A stretch of 64,000 nucleotides of DNA from a virus. This document shows, one piece after another, positions 8,128 through 18,030 of the stretch. A model generated the notes under the pieces. The model was not told where the DNA came from. It was given only the letters and a program-made list of their open reading frames with translations, and made no database searches. Where the stretch lies: IMG/VR virus record IMGVR_UViG_3300025466_000015; one strand, 5' to 3'. Position 1 is the stretch's first letter; each line of letters begins with the position of its first letter. A program made the translations under genes and the position numbers.

Positions 8128-8538
8128 ATGTTTGATTCTCTAGCACATTTTGGTTTAACCATTGAAGTGTTACAAGCTTTGATTATTGGTGGTGTATTAA
8201 TTGTTATCATTGGCACATTTTGGCATTATATTCTAGCAGGTTGTGCTGTTGTATTTTGCCTATGTGTATTGTGTGCAAATGTTAAACCATCGGATAAAAT
8301 AGAACAACCAGTTGCTTCTGTTAAACCAATTGTGCCGTCAACACCAGTTGAAACAGAGAAACAAAGATGGCACCGCCAGTTCATGGAAGATTGTACCACA
8401 GTTGCTGACAATTCAACCGAGACTTGTGAAAACATTTGGAATGACCGTATGATGGATGAATCACACATTCAGGTTAATCCTGATGCTGATATTCAACCAA
8501 CATCTTTTAAAGGAATAAAAAGTGATAACATATTGTGA
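8128..8538 (+). CDS. membrane protein
   Basis: Two N-terminal TM segments. Confidence 0.65.
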   Translation: MFDSLAHFGLTIEVLQALIIGGVLIVIIGTFWHYILAGCAVVFCLCVLCANVKPSDKIEQPVASVKPIVPSTPVETEKQRWHRQFMEDCTTVADNSTETCENIWNDRMMDESHIQVNPDADIQPTSFKGIKSDNIL

Positions 8539-9118
8539 AAATTATTTGTATGCTTTTGAAACTAATGAAATAGATAATCAATTGCTATACAGAGATTGTG
8601 TAAAATCTGAAATGGTGATACTGAAATATTTTCCTCAAAAAGAAAATGGTTGGTATGGAAACAAAACAAGCGCAGCCAATCAGCAATACAATTTACTTAC
8701 CTTTACCTCAAAGCAACTAAATCAATTATACCATATTTTGGTTAAGAATGTAACACCATTATTAGAACAAGAAACAACTTACATGATTAAAAGTTGGATG
8801 AATGTGTATAGAAAAGGTGATAAAGTATCGATGCATGCTCATTGGCCTTCACAGTATCGAGTTTGGCATGGATTCTATTGTGTAAATGTTGGTGAAAATG
8901 AATCTGCGACCATCTATAAAATTCCAGGTGTAGAAGATGAAATAACTGTACCTAGTAAAAATGGATTATTGGTCATAGGTAAAAGTGATGGTGATAAACA
9001 TCGAAGTACCGAATGGACAAGGACAGATAGTTTTAGAATAACTTTGGCTTTTGATATTGTGCCTGTACAATATTTGGATTTCTGGAAAATAAACTATTTT
9101 ATACCATTTAAACCTTAA
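8522..9118 (+). CDS. putative 2OG-Fe(II) oxygenase
   Basis: SWMNVY ... HAH ... HGFYCV ... H ... RITLAFDI pattern. Confidence 0.7.
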   Translation: MITYCENYLYAFETNEIDNQLLYRDCVKSEMVILKYFPQKENGWYGNKTSAANQQYNLLTFTSKQLNQLYHILVKNVTPLLEQETTYMIKSWMNVYRKGDKVSMHAHWPSQYRVWHGFYCVNVGENESATIYKIPGVEDEITVPSKNGLLVIGKSDGDKHRSTEWTRTDSFRITLAFDIVPVQYLDFWKINYFIPFKP

Positions 9119-9128
9119 GGAGAAAAAA

Positions 9129-9500
9129 ATGATTGAATTATACCGTGGAATTTTAGATAAGTACACATCTAATATCCGTAAAATGGAAGATGATTTCAAG
9201 GATTTAGTTAGAGAATCCTATGCGTCTGATCCAGCCAACACAATGCATGGTGCTTCAGGATTTTGGAATTTCCTATTGGAAATTACCTTGACATTATTCG
9301 TCAAATCGTTTATAATCCTATCTGTATTGTTAACTGTGGCATTGGCAATTCTATTCTTTCCGTTAAATGCTGTATTGAATGCTTTCATGTATGTGATGCC
9401 TAGATTTGACAATAGATTTGTTGAAGAACCTGTTAAACAAGAACCAAAGATTGATGTACCTGTGGCAATAATTAGCCAAACCGACAAGGATAAAAAATGA
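9129..9500 (+). CDS. membrane protein
   Basis: Long central hydrophobic stretch; AAGGAG SD. Confidence 0.65.
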   Translation: MIELYRGILDKYTSNIRKMEDDFKDLVRESYASDPANTMHGASGFWNFLLEITLTLFVKSFIILSVLLTVALAILFFPLNAVLNAFMYVMPRFDNRFVEEPVKQEPKIDVPVAIISQTDKDKK

Positions 9501-10312
9501 AAATCGCTCTCTGCTCAGACCTCCACTTAGAATTTGCCGACATCATTTTAAAGAATGATGAGAATGCCGATGTGTTGATTCTGGGTGGAGATATTTGTAC
9601 CGCTGTAGATTTACCTTATTCCGATTCAGATAGAGGCCAACGATTTAGAGATTTCTTTTCTCGTTGCGCCTTTCAATTTCCACATGTAATCTACATCATG
9701 GGTAACCATGAACATTACAATGGTGATTACCAACATTCGGCTCAGTACATCAGAGCTGAAGTATGCAAGTATGACAACTTTTATTTCTTAGATAAAGAGT
9801 CTAAAGAAATTGCTGATGTTGTATTCATTGGTGGCACATTGTGGACTGATATGAACAAGGAAGATCCTATCACACTATGGGACATTAGTCGTTGTATGAA
9901 TGACTTCCGTATTGTAAAAAATTCTGCTCGTAAAGTTGGATCATCTGATAGACCTTCTAGATTCTTGCCTGAAGATGCTGTTGAAAACCATAAAGCAATG
10001 GTGTCCTATATTGACACCACATTGAAAGATGTGGCGCCATGGAAATCTGTTGTTGTGGTTGGTCATCATGCACCATCTAAGCAATCAACTAAGCCTAGAT
10101 ATAAAGATGACTATCATATGAATGGTGGTTATAGTTCTGATTTGGAATCATTCATCATTGACAGACCACAAATCAAATTATGGACACATGGCCACACACA
10201 TGATGAATTTGATTATATGATTGGTTCTACCCGTGTTGTTTGTAACCCACGTGGTTATGATGCTTATGAAGAACAAGCAGATAGATTCAAATTAAAGTAT
10301 ATTGAGGTGTGA
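9497..10312 (+). CDS. calcineurin-like metallophosphoesterase
   Basis: SDLH, GGDI, GNHEH, HH, HGHTH, NPRGY motifs. Confidence 0.9.
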   Translation: MKIALCSDLHLEFADIILKNDENADVLILGGDICTAVDLPYSDSDRGQRFRDFFSRCAFQFPHVIYIMGNHEHYNGDYQHSAQYIRAEVCKYDNFYFLDKESKEIADVVFIGGTLWTDMNKEDPITLWDISRCMNDFRIVKNSARKVGSSDRPSRFLPEDAVENHKAMVSYIDTTLKDVAPWKSVVVVGHHAPSKQSTKPRYKDDYHMNGGYSSDLESFIIDRPQIKLWTHGHTHDEFDYMIGSTRVVCNPRGYDAYEEQADRFKLKYIEV

Positions 10313-10313
10313 T

Positions 10314-10652
10314 ATGGGAATGTTTGACTATGTTCACTATCAAGGTAAGGAGTATCAATCAAAAGATACTCCTAACCAATTAATAGACAATTACAAAATT
10401 GAGGTTGACCAAGAATCTGGTCAAGAGTATCTTTGGGTTGAAGAATATGATTCTGAATATGTTGAAGAAGAAGGATATTTTCTTGGCGGTTATCTAAAAC
10501 AATTTAATGAACGATGGGTTTTTCTAGAAGACTTTGATGGTCTAATAAAGATATACCGACAGTCGGATGATAAGACAAAATGGATCACATACAAGTTTTT
10601 GTTTATGAATGGTCGTATGATTAAGAAACAATATTTTGAGGAAAATGAATGA
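10314..10652 (+). CDS. conserved phage hypothetical protein (MGMFDY...QSKD type)
   Basis: GAGGTG SD before ATG 10314. Confidence 0.7.
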   Translation: MGMFDYVHYQGKEYQSKDTPNQLIDNYKIEVDQESGQEYLWVEEYDSEYVEEEGYFLGGYLKQFNERWVFLEDFDGLIKIYRQSDDKTKWITYKFLFMNGRMIKKQYFEENE

Positions 10653-10957
10653 TGAGTGATAAGAAATTGTATTTGGTTGAAACAGTATCCATGTTTCGTA
10701 TGCGTTATGTCATTGAATCTGAAGATGAGTCCCATGCTCTTGATGAAGTAACAATTCATGCCACAGGTGGTGAAACATTAAAAGAATTCTCACAGAAACA
10801 TATTGATGAAGTCATTGTATCATCAAGAAAAATATCCAATAAATCTTATTTGAAGTTGTTTGATAAAGATAATGACTATCTTAAAAATTGGAATGAAGAA
10901 CAAAAGTTACAATATGTAAACTGGATTGACTATGAAAAGAATTCTAATAACGGGTGA
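10649..10957 (+). CDS. hypothetical protein
   Basis: Coupled ORF; YLVETVSMFRMRYVIE motif. Confidence 0.7.
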   Translation: MMSDKKLYLVETVSMFRMRYVIESEDESHALDEVTIHATGGETLKEFSQKHIDEVIVSSRKISNKSYLKLFDKDNDYLKNWNEEQKLQYVNWIDYEKNSNNG

Positions 10958-11729
10958 TAAAGGTTATATTGGCCAACATCTGCGTAAGATGTTAGAAGGT
11001 GAATATGATGTTGATGGTGTTGATATGAAATATGACAAAGACATCTTTGATTTGACATATTCTATTCATAACCAACACTATGATACTGTGGTTCATCTAG
11101 CGGCTTTTGTTAAAGTAAATCAATCAATTCATTTTCCATATCAATATTATCACAACAATATTGATGGTACCAGAGTTGTTCTTGTGAATTGTAATTATGA
11201 TAATTTCATCTTTGCTTCAACAGGTGCAGCCGAGAATCCTGTAAGTCCTTATGGATTATCCAAACGTGCAGCCGAGGATGTTGTAAAAGAATATTGTACT
11301 CGGTATTCCAAGGATTATACCATATTCCGGTTTTATAATGTCGTTGGATCAGATGGATTTGAACCAACTAATCCAGATGGTCTAATGTTGAACCTGATGA
11401 AATCCGAAGCGTCAGGACAGTTTAATCTGTATGGATATGACTATGACACACCAGATGGTACGGCACTCAGGGATTACGTCCATGTCAATGAGATATGTAC
11501 TGCCATTAAGAAAGCCATAGAGAAACCTGCCAATGGATTAGAAAACCTAGGACATGGTGAAGGAACATCCGTATTGGATATGGTAGAGACATTCAAGAGG
11601 GTAAATTCAATTGACTTCAAGGTTAACCTGTGTGACAGGAGACCTGGAGATTTACCGGTTTCCGTTCTAAAAAATGTCTCGCCATATATGGAAAAACAGT
11701 ATACAATAGAAAAATTACTGGAGATTTGA
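10932..11729 (+). CDS. NAD-dependent epimerase/dehydratase (GalE-like)
   Basis: ILITGDKGYIG, HLAA, YGLSK (YxxxK), FRFYNVVG, DGTALRDYVHV, RRPGD. Confidence 0.88.
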   Translation: MKRILITGDKGYIGQHLRKMLEGEYDVDGVDMKYDKDIFDLTYSIHNQHYDTVVHLAAFVKVNQSIHFPYQYYHNNIDGTRVVLVNCNYDNFIFASTGAAENPVSPYGLSKRAAEDVVKEYCTRYSKDYTIFRFYNVVGSDGFEPTNPDGLMLNLMKSEASGQFNLYGYDYDTPDGTALRDYVHVNEICTAIKKAIEKPANGLENLGHGEGTSVLDMVETFKRVNSIDFKVNLCDRRPGDLPVSVLKNVSPYMEKQYTIEKLLEI

Positions 11730-11730
11730 A

Positions 11731-12135
11731 ATGCGGGCCGATGATGTTGATAGACTGATTAAACAAGCAGAACAAGCTATCATTGATTCTAAGAAATCTG
11801 TGTTCGACCTTATTGAACACAATGAAATGTTAGATGACGATGGTTATCCTACTGATGCTTGCTTAGATGTGATTAGATTGTGGCATTGGAATGATTCGAA
11901 AGGTTGGTTTGAATTTATTAAATCTGTTTGGTGTTATACTAATTATTGGCATGAAAAATTCAATGAAGACACCTTACTCTATGAATATCATATATCAACT
12001 GCTGGTTGGTCAGGTAATGAAGATATCATCCGTGCAATGCAAGACAATGGTATGATGTGGTATCTAAATTGGTACCAATCAAACCGTGGTGGACATTATG
12101 TATTTCAATTAAAAGAATTTAAGGACGATGAATGA
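11731..12135 (+). CDS. hypothetical protein
   Basis: STAGWSGNE and RGGHYVF motifs. Confidence 0.7.
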   Translation: MRADDVDRLIKQAEQAIIDSKKSVFDLIEHNEMLDDDGYPTDACLDVIRLWHWNDSKGWFEFIKSVWCYTNYWHEKFNEDTLLYEYHISTAGWSGNEDIIRAMQDNGMMWYLNWYQSNRGGHYVFQLKEFKDDE

Positions 12136-12800
12136 AAGTGTATATTAGTGGCTATAGAGACCATTGGATTTCTCCGTATACAATTCTGAAAAAGGTTTGT
12201 TTTTGGGAGAAAGATGATGATGTATTCTACAACCTTGAAGACAAGCCAAACCACAAATATGATAAGTGGGTGAATCGTTTGACTCCTATTTGTATGGGTA
12301 TTCAAAAGGTGTTGAACTTAATTTATCCAAAAATCGAATATGTGAAGATTGACCGTTGGGATACATGGTCAATGGATCACACCTTGGCTTACATCATTTT
12401 ACCAATGTTAAAGCAATTAAAAGAAAGTAAACACGGTGCACCTTATGTTGAAGATGAAGATGTACCAAGAGAATTGTGGTCTATCTACGCCTTTCCAACA
12501 GAAGAATATGGTACCGATGGCAATCATTTCAAACGATGGGATTGGGTACTCGATGAGATGATTTTTGCTTTTGAATGTAAGAACGATGAGTCATGGCAAG
12601 AGGCATTTAGTTCAGGTGTATCTGACCACATAAGTGTAGCGTGTGAATGGGATGAGAACGGCAAACCTAAAATGTTCAGATTAGACGAAGGACCAAATCA
12701 TACATATAAATGTGATTATGAAGGAATGAAAGTTGTTGAAGACCGTATACAAAATGGTTTTCGTTTGTTTGGAAAGTATTATCAAAACCTGTGGGACTAA
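12132..12800 (+). CDS. conserved phage hypothetical protein
   Basis: DTWSMDHTLA, WDWVLDEMIFAF, GFRLFGKYYQNLWD motifs. Confidence 0.75.
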   Translation: MKVYISGYRDHWISPYTILKKVCFWEKDDDVFYNLEDKPNHKYDKWVNRLTPICMGIQKVLNLIYPKIEYVKIDRWDTWSMDHTLAYIILPMLKQLKESKHGAPYVEDEDVPRELWSIYAFPTEEYGTDGNHFKRWDWVLDEMIFAFECKNDESWQEAFSSGVSDHISVACEWDENGKPKMFRLDEGPNHTYKCDYEGMKVVEDRIQNGFRLFGKYYQNLWD

Positions 12801-12809
12801 GGAGACAAT

Positions 12810-13058
12810 ATGAGTAACGAAGAAGACAAGTTTAAACATTCAAAACGGTTACTCAAAGATGAGAACGCTATCAAAAAACAAGAGAAGATAGCACATGAGT
12901 ATGGCCATGAAGTAAAAGATCCACACCGATTCGTTAAACATCATTCAATGAATTGTGGTAATCCAAAATGTGTATTGTGTATGAACCCAAGAAAATCTTT
13001 TGGTGAAAAGACAATACAAGAACAAAGGTTAGAACAAGCAAGGTTACAGGAAGAATAA
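12810..13058 (+). CDS. hypothetical protein with Cys/His cluster
   Basis: HHSMNCGNPKCVLCMNPRK. Confidence 0.7.
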   Translation: MSNEEDKFKHSKRLLKDENAIKKQEKIAHEYGHEVKDPHRFVKHHSMNCGNPKCVLCMNPRKSFGEKTIQEQRLEQARLQEE

Positions 13059-13285
13059 TGTTTTCTATTATGAATTATATTGAAGCTAAACGTAGGTTGG
13101 AACTATCTACTGAAACCATCCAGATGATGGGCGGTGAAATTGAATGTAATCAAATGCTGTTGGCTCAACATGAGATGATTCAATTAGAATTGGATTATCA
13201 CAAGACTGTATTTGTGAATCGTATATTAATATTAGGATTGGTTGCCATTATTAGTTTTATTGTGTTATACTTTGAGGTGCTTTGA
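13058..13285 (+). CDS. hypothetical protein with C-terminal TM
   Basis: TAATG coupling; hydrophobic C-terminus. Confidence 0.65.
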   Translation: MFSIMNYIEAKRRLELSTETIQMMGGEIECNQMLLAQHEMIQLELDYHKTVFVNRILILGLVAIISFIVLYFEVL

Positions 13286-13536
13286 TGTTTGAAATAAGTG
13301 ATAGAGTTAAGTGGTGGGTTAAATCTATATTTTCAATTCTAACTTGGTGTGTTTTATTCTTGGCCTTATTTTTGGCCTATGGTAAACAACAAGAAGATGT
13401 GTTGAAGTTGAAAGATTATAAAGATGGTATACAAAATCACCTCGTTTGGGATATTAAAGGACAATGTTTCTTTGTTAGACCTCATACCGATGTGACTACA
13501 TACCTAATTCGTGTTTCTGATTGTGATAAAAAATAA
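13285..13536 (+). CDS. membrane-anchored hypothetical protein
   Basis: TGATG coupling; N-terminal TM. Confidence 0.65.
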   Translation: MFEISDRVKWWVKSIFSILTWCVLFLALFLAYGKQQEDVLKLKDYKDGIQNHLVWDIKGQCFFVRPHTDVTTYLIRVSDCDKK

Positions 13537-13546
13537 GGAGTGATAT

Positions 13547-13888
13547 ATGAGTTTGTTTATTGAAGTGAATTCCATAGAAAAAGGTTGTCCTGTTTTGGTT
13601 AATTTGGATGAAGTAATTGAGATTGCACCTCTCGCTAGTGGTGGTTGTCATTTATTCTTTGTAGACTCTGCTTCTGTTGGTGGTAAGAATGCTATGAAGG
13701 TATCTGATTCATATGCTTTGTTCAAACAATTGGCTATGCAAATGGTAACACCTGAAGATATTGCTAAACGATTCCCAAAGAAAACGGAAACTAAACCTGA
13801 AGTTGTACACCCAGTTGTTCAACCAACAAAAGTTTTTAAAGGTAAAGGTGACATGGAAGGCCTGGACATTCCTAAACTAGGAAGTTAA
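13547..13888 (+). CDS. hypothetical protein
   Basis: AAGGAG SD. Confidence 0.7.
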   Translation: MSLFIEVNSIEKGCPVLVNLDEVIEIAPLASGGCHLFFVDSASVGGKNAMKVSDSYALFKQLAMQMVTPEDIAKRFPKKTETKPEVVHPVVQPTKVFKGKGDMEGLDIPKLGS

Positions 13889-13889
13889 G

Positions 13890-14183
13890 ATGAATGATTT
13901 ATTGAGAGGTACCTTTGGGTGGATTCGTGATGACTGGAATAGCAATAAGTTTCGTTTTGTTATTGAGTTGTTCGCTTGGGCTATTAGTGTTGGGTGTTCG
14001 CTTACAATGGCGATTACCGTGCCTAATCCTCCCCTTATGGCTATGTATCCCATTTGGATTGCTGGTTGCTGTATGTACTCTTGGGCTGCTTATACTAGGA
14101 AATCTTTTGGAATGTTGGCTAACTACCTCTTGTTAACAACTATCGACACCATGGGTCTTATTAGGATGTTAGTGAATGGATGA
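13890..14183 (+). CDS. small multi-pass membrane protein
   Basis: Three hydrophobic helices. Confidence 0.7.
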   Translation: MNDLLRGTFGWIRDDWNSNKFRFVIELFAWAISVGCSLTMAITVPNPPLMAMYPIWIAGCCMYSWAAYTRKSFGMLANYLLLTTIDTMGLIRMLVNG

Positions 14184-14853
14184 TTTTTTATATACAAGTG
14201 AATTGAAAGATAAGTTTAAGTTTCCATTTGATGGAATTGAAACTATCAATCGTAATTGTGGTACTCTATGGCAAGATATGTTTGTTACGGCAGTATTGAA
14301 TGGTAAAAAGAATGGTACATACTTTGAGATTGGTGCTGCTGAACCATTTTGGATGAGCAACACAGCCATGCTAGAACAACTCTTTTCATGGACTGGTGTA
14401 TCTTTAGAATTGGAATATGCCAAAGTACAAAGGTTTATTTCAGAGAGAAAGAATCCTTGTTACACAGCTAATGCTTTACTTGTTGATTATAAGAGTATGC
14501 TTAGTCGTGCTAATTTATTGGGTGTTGTGGATTACTTGTCTATTGATATTGAACCACCGGAAAACACACTACAGGCTCTTAAAAGATTACCACATGATTT
14601 GGTAAAGTTCCGTGTAATTACATTTGAACACGATCTCTATAATGGTGGTCAAGCACCAAACGTCAGGACAGAAAGCAGAAGATTCCTAAAAGAATTAGGA
14701 TATCACCTGGTTGTTAATGATGTTGGCTTAAACGGTAAGAGTGTAGAAGATTGGTGGGTTCATCCTGAACTAGTTGACATGGACCGTATTGATATGTTAC
14801 AATGTGATAACGAAACAATGATTAACTTTAATGATTATATGGTGGCACAATGA
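14176..14853 (+). CDS. FkbM-like SAM methyltransferase
   Basis: YFEIGA, SNT, DYLSIDIE, ITFEHD, EDWWV motifs. Confidence 0.75.
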   Translation: MDDFLYTSELKDKFKFPFDGIETINRNCGTLWQDMFVTAVLNGKKNGTYFEIGAAEPFWMSNTAMLEQLFSWTGVSLELEYAKVQRFISERKNPCYTANALLVDYKSMLSRANLLGVVDYLSIDIEPPENTLQALKRLPHDLVKFRVITFEHDLYNGGQAPNVRTESRRFLKELGYHLVVNDVGLNGKSVEDWWVHPELVDMDRIDMLQCDNETMINFNDYMVAQ

Positions 14854-15611
14854 TGTTCTTTTTTAAACCTAAGGAAATACACTTAGATTGTTTTACCAGC
14901 AGACCTGAAGTATACAAATTTTCTTCTGTTGACTATTCACACAAATTTTATCCGGAATGGTGGTTAAAATTACCAAAAACGTACCAAGCAATGATTGCTC
15001 CAGGAAAAATTAGTGAAACACCAACTATGAAAGGTTGTATTGGTTTTATAAATTATTACAAACACGGAATAACAATGCCGTTATGGTCCGATTTGAGATT
15101 AACGTATCTTCCTGATCAAAGAGAATTTGATGTCAATTTTTCTTATAAGAAATGTACTTACACAAAACATCATATAGAACAAATGTCTGGACTTATAAAT
15201 CCTGATGAGTTCTCTCATGTTAAATTAATAAGTCCTTGGATCTTCAAGACAAAAGAAGATATTCAATGGGTTTGGTCACAAAACACTTGGAATTTTTCTC
15301 CAATTAATAAAATAATAATGCCTCCAGCAATTATTGATTTTAAATATCAACATGGAACAAATATTAATTTCTTTATTTCTAAAAAAATTAGAGAATGCTT
15401 AATACCAAATAATCAACCTTTGGTAAATATTATTCCTTTGAGTGAGAGAAAAGTTGAAATACATACACATTTGGTAGATGATAGAGAAATGGAAATTTTA
15501 TCAAATAATAGTTTTCCTACTTATTTTAAAAACAAATATAGAAAAACAAAAGAACTTATGATCAAACAGGAAAAAGAACAAAAAAAATGTCCTTTCGGAT
15601 TTGGAAAATAA
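14850..15611 (+). CDS. hypothetical protein ending in KCPF
   Basis: PEWWxxLP, TMKGC, KLISPW, PLVNIIPL; Cys-Pro motif at C-terminus. Confidence 0.7.
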   Translation: MMFFFKPKEIHLDCFTSRPEVYKFSSVDYSHKFYPEWWLKLPKTYQAMIAPGKISETPTMKGCIGFINYYKHGITMPLWSDLRLTYLPDQREFDVNFSYKKCTYTKHHIEQMSGLINPDEFSHVKLISPWIFKTKEDIQWVWSQNTWNFSPINKIIMPPAIIDFKYQHGTNINFFISKKIRECLIPNNQPLVNIIPLSERKVEIHTHLVDDREMEILSNNSFPTYFKNKYRKTKELMIKQEKEQKKCPFGFGK

Positions 15612-15612
15612 T

Positions 15613-15641
15613 TTGACTTTTAACTTTGAATGTGATACAAT
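15613..15641 (+). promoter_or_regulatory. sigma70-type promoter
   Basis: TTGACT-17 nt-TACAAT with TGn extension. Confidence 0.6.
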
Positions 15642-15647
15642 TATATT

Positions 15648-15929
15648 ATGTTAATAAATCCTACTAAACAATTAGTGTATGGTGGCTATGGTGTTACCAA
15701 TTACCAAACAAACTATGGTTCTTCAAGTCCATATAAACTGGAAATTCCACAACCTTGTATTGAAGTAAATAAGACTTTACAATATGAGTTTCGTGTGTTA
15801 GAATCGGTCAAAGGTGATGAGGTAACTAAAGTTGGTCTACAAGTTAAAACTTATGAAGTAGACCATTATGGTAACCGTGTGATGATTTGTGATTGGACTG
15901 ATGTTGAAAGAGTAAGACTTGAAGTATGA
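15648..15929 (+). CDS. hypothetical protein
   Basis: ORF immediately after promoter, possibly leaderless. Confidence 0.6.
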   Translation: MLINPTKQLVYGGYGVTNYQTNYGSSSPYKLEIPQPCIEVNKTLQYEFRVLESVKGDEVTKVGLQVKTYEVDHYGNRVMICDWTDVERVRLEV

Positions 15930-16471
15930 ATATTTTTTATCTACATCCGGACCCCAAACAATGCGCTCAATGGCACATCAGCAAGCATACCACAAAAATG
16001 GTAGTTGAATATGCTCAATTACTTTCTACTGCCCACCGTATTATTGATGGTACTTTGTCTACTGGCCTCTCTGAAGCTGGTCGAAAACAAACGAGATATG
16101 TTCTTCCTGACGAGCGTGAGCATATACTGTATCGCTCTACTCATGGCAACCATCCTTCAGCTGTTTGGGTAAGACAATCAGATGCCAATTACAATTGGCT
16201 TTATCAATTATTATGTGAACTATGCGAAGAATACACATATCGTTATGGTAAAATTCACTCTACCGAACGATTGTTAGAAACACTTTGTTTTACACCCAAT
16301 AACATACCACATGGTCCATTTACACCACCCACTCCAGCTATGCCTGATGATGTAAAAATACCAAATGATTCTATGGCCTCGTACCATAATTACTACATAA
16401 ATAATAAAAAGTCCTTTGCCTCATGGCAAGGTCGTGTTAACTCTCGTGATGTACCTAACTGGTTTAAATGA
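15926..16471 (+). CDS. pyrimidine dimer DNA glycosylase-like protein
   Basis: MNIFYL ... KHxxKMxxEYAQLLSTAH ... THxNHP ... EYTxRYGKxH ... AMP motifs. Confidence 0.75.
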   Translation: MNIFYLHPDPKQCAQWHISKHTTKMVVEYAQLLSTAHRIIDGTLSTGLSEAGRKQTRYVLPDEREHILYRSTHGNHPSAVWVRQSDANYNWLYQLLCELCEEYTYRYGKIHSTERLLETLCFTPNNIPHGPFTPPTPAMPDDVKIPNDSMASYHNYYINNKKSFASWQGRVNSRDVPNWFK

Positions 16472-17037
16472 TGTTTGGTGAAGAATTTATACATCAAGAA
16501 TATCTTCACGATTTAAATATTTGTGATGATATTATAAATTATTTTGAGAATTCTGATAAAAAACACAAAGGTCAGACTAGAGGTATTGTTAAACCGGAAA
16601 TGAAAGATTCTACCGATTGTAATTTAAAACGTAACAGTTCGGAATATAAGAATTATTCTCAACAATTACAAAAAGTTGTTAACTCTTATATTGGAAAATT
16701 TCCAAGATGTAATTCTTCTTTACCTTGGAGCGTTTTAGAAGAAATGCAAATACAAAAATATGAGCCAGGTCAGGGATATTATTCATGGCATGCGGAAAGG
16801 CCTGGTGTCACTATACCCGTGTTATCTAGACATTTAGTTTTTATGACTTATTTAAATGATGTAACTGATGGTGGTGGTGGTACAGAATTTTACCATCAAA
16901 AGTTAATAACAAAAGCTAAAAAAGGATTGACGTTAATATGGCCAGCCGATTGGACTTTTACACATCGAGGCGAAGTTTCTCCGACTCAAACTAAATATAT
17001 CATAACTGGATGGTTCAATCATCATCAAAGACCATAA
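16468..17037 (+). CDS. 2OG-Fe(II) oxygenase (prolyl-4-hydroxylase-like)
   Basis: QKYEPG ... WHAE ... MTYLND ... GGTEF ... WP ... THRG ... KYIITGW. Confidence 0.85.
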   Translation: MMFGEEFIHQEYLHDLNICDDIINYFENSDKKHKGQTRGIVKPEMKDSTDCNLKRNSSEYKNYSQQLQKVVNSYIGKFPRCNSSLPWSVLEEMQIQKYEPGQGYYSWHAERPGVTIPVLSRHLVFMTYLNDVTDGGGGTEFYHQKLITKAKKGLTLIWPADWTFTHRGEVSPTQTKYIITGWFNHHQRP

Positions 17038-17041
17038 TATT

Positions 17042-17323
17042 ATGCCAACATATCAATTTTTAAATACTGAAACCAATGAAGTTGAAGAACACCGTATGTC
17101 ATACACGGTGTTGGATGAATTCAAAGATAATAATCCCCACTTACAAAGACATTTCACCGTAGACGGCCTTGCTGGTCTTGGTGATGGTATGCGTATGTCA
17201 ACTCCAGGTACTGGACAACCTGTCAAAGCTTTTGAACAAGGTGTGATTCAACGTATAAAAGATACCGTTCCTGGTAATAATTTACATAAATCACACAAAA
17301 CAAAAATGCCTAGAGAGTGGTGA
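17042..17323 (+). CDS. FmdB-like small protein of T4-like phages
   Basis: MPTYxF ... NPHL N-terminus, lacking the Cys ligands. Confidence 0.65.
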   Translation: MPTYQFLNTETNEVEEHRMSYTVLDEFKDNNPHLQRHFTVDGLAGLGDGMRMSTPGTGQPVKAFEQGVIQRIKDTVPGNNLHKSHKTKMPREW

Positions 17324-17324
17324 A

Positions 17325-17747
17325 ATGAAAGAACCTCAAATTAAAATTTTGGCCGCAGGAAATGTATTTTCTCGTATGATGTTTTTTGAAAAAAGTGGAG
17401 ATACAACATATTCACATCAACACGAGTATGATCATGGAACATTATTAAGTTATGGTAGCGTTCTATATGAAGTATTAGATGAAAATAAAAATGTGGTAAA
17501 ATCAAAAGAATTTAATGCACCAACTTTTATTTTTGTTCCTAAATTAACATATCATAGATTGGTAGCACTAGAAGACAATACAGTTTGTGCTTGTATACAT
17601 GCTCTAAGAACCATAGATAATGAATTATTAGATCCTGATTTTTTAATTGATAATAAAAATTTTGAATACGGTGAAATGCCATCTTTTATTCATAAAGAAA
17701 CTGGTAAACTTATGAGACCTGCTATTGTAAAGAAACCTCATGAATAA
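17325..17747 (+). CDS. cupin-domain protein
   Basis: HQHEYDH ... H ... ALEDNTV ... CIH. Confidence 0.75.
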   Translation: MKEPQIKILAAGNVFSRMMFFEKSGDTTYSHQHEYDHGTLLSYGSVLYEVLDENKNVVKSKEFNAPTFIFVPKLTYHRLVALEDNTVCACIHALRTIDNELLDPDFLIDNKNFEYGEMPSFIHKETGKLMRPAIVKKPHE

Positions 17748-17952
17748 AGTGATTCAAATTCCAGCTTTATTTCTCCCAAAGAAAGGTGAGCATGAACAAA
17801 AAGCCCCCTTGAATAAATCTCCTTCCGTTAAATCTAATACTAACAAAAGGAGTCCTAATGTCCAAAAAAAGAATGATGTCAAGAGCGCAGCGTATCTATT
17901 ACGAACAATGCAAAAAGGAACGGATATTAAAGGAGTTAGCGGAATACGCTAA
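17740..17952 (+). CDS. hypothetical protein
   Basis: ORF overlapping previous stop; no motif. Confidence 0.35.
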   Translation: MNKVIQIPALFLPKKGEHEQKAPLNKSPSVKSNTNKRSPNVQKKNDVKSAAYLLRTMQKGTDIKGVSGIR

Positions 17953-18030
17953 AGTGGTAAAAGAATTAGAATCTAAGTCGGTTTATAGGGTGGCTGATAT
18001 ATAAAGAATGATTAATTAATTGGAGATATT

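Noticed and set aside
17860-17931. Short ORF MSKKRMMSRAQRIYYEQ... with AGGAG SD, possible gene remnant
   Set aside because: Only 23 codons, overlaps another ORF and has no recognisable motif
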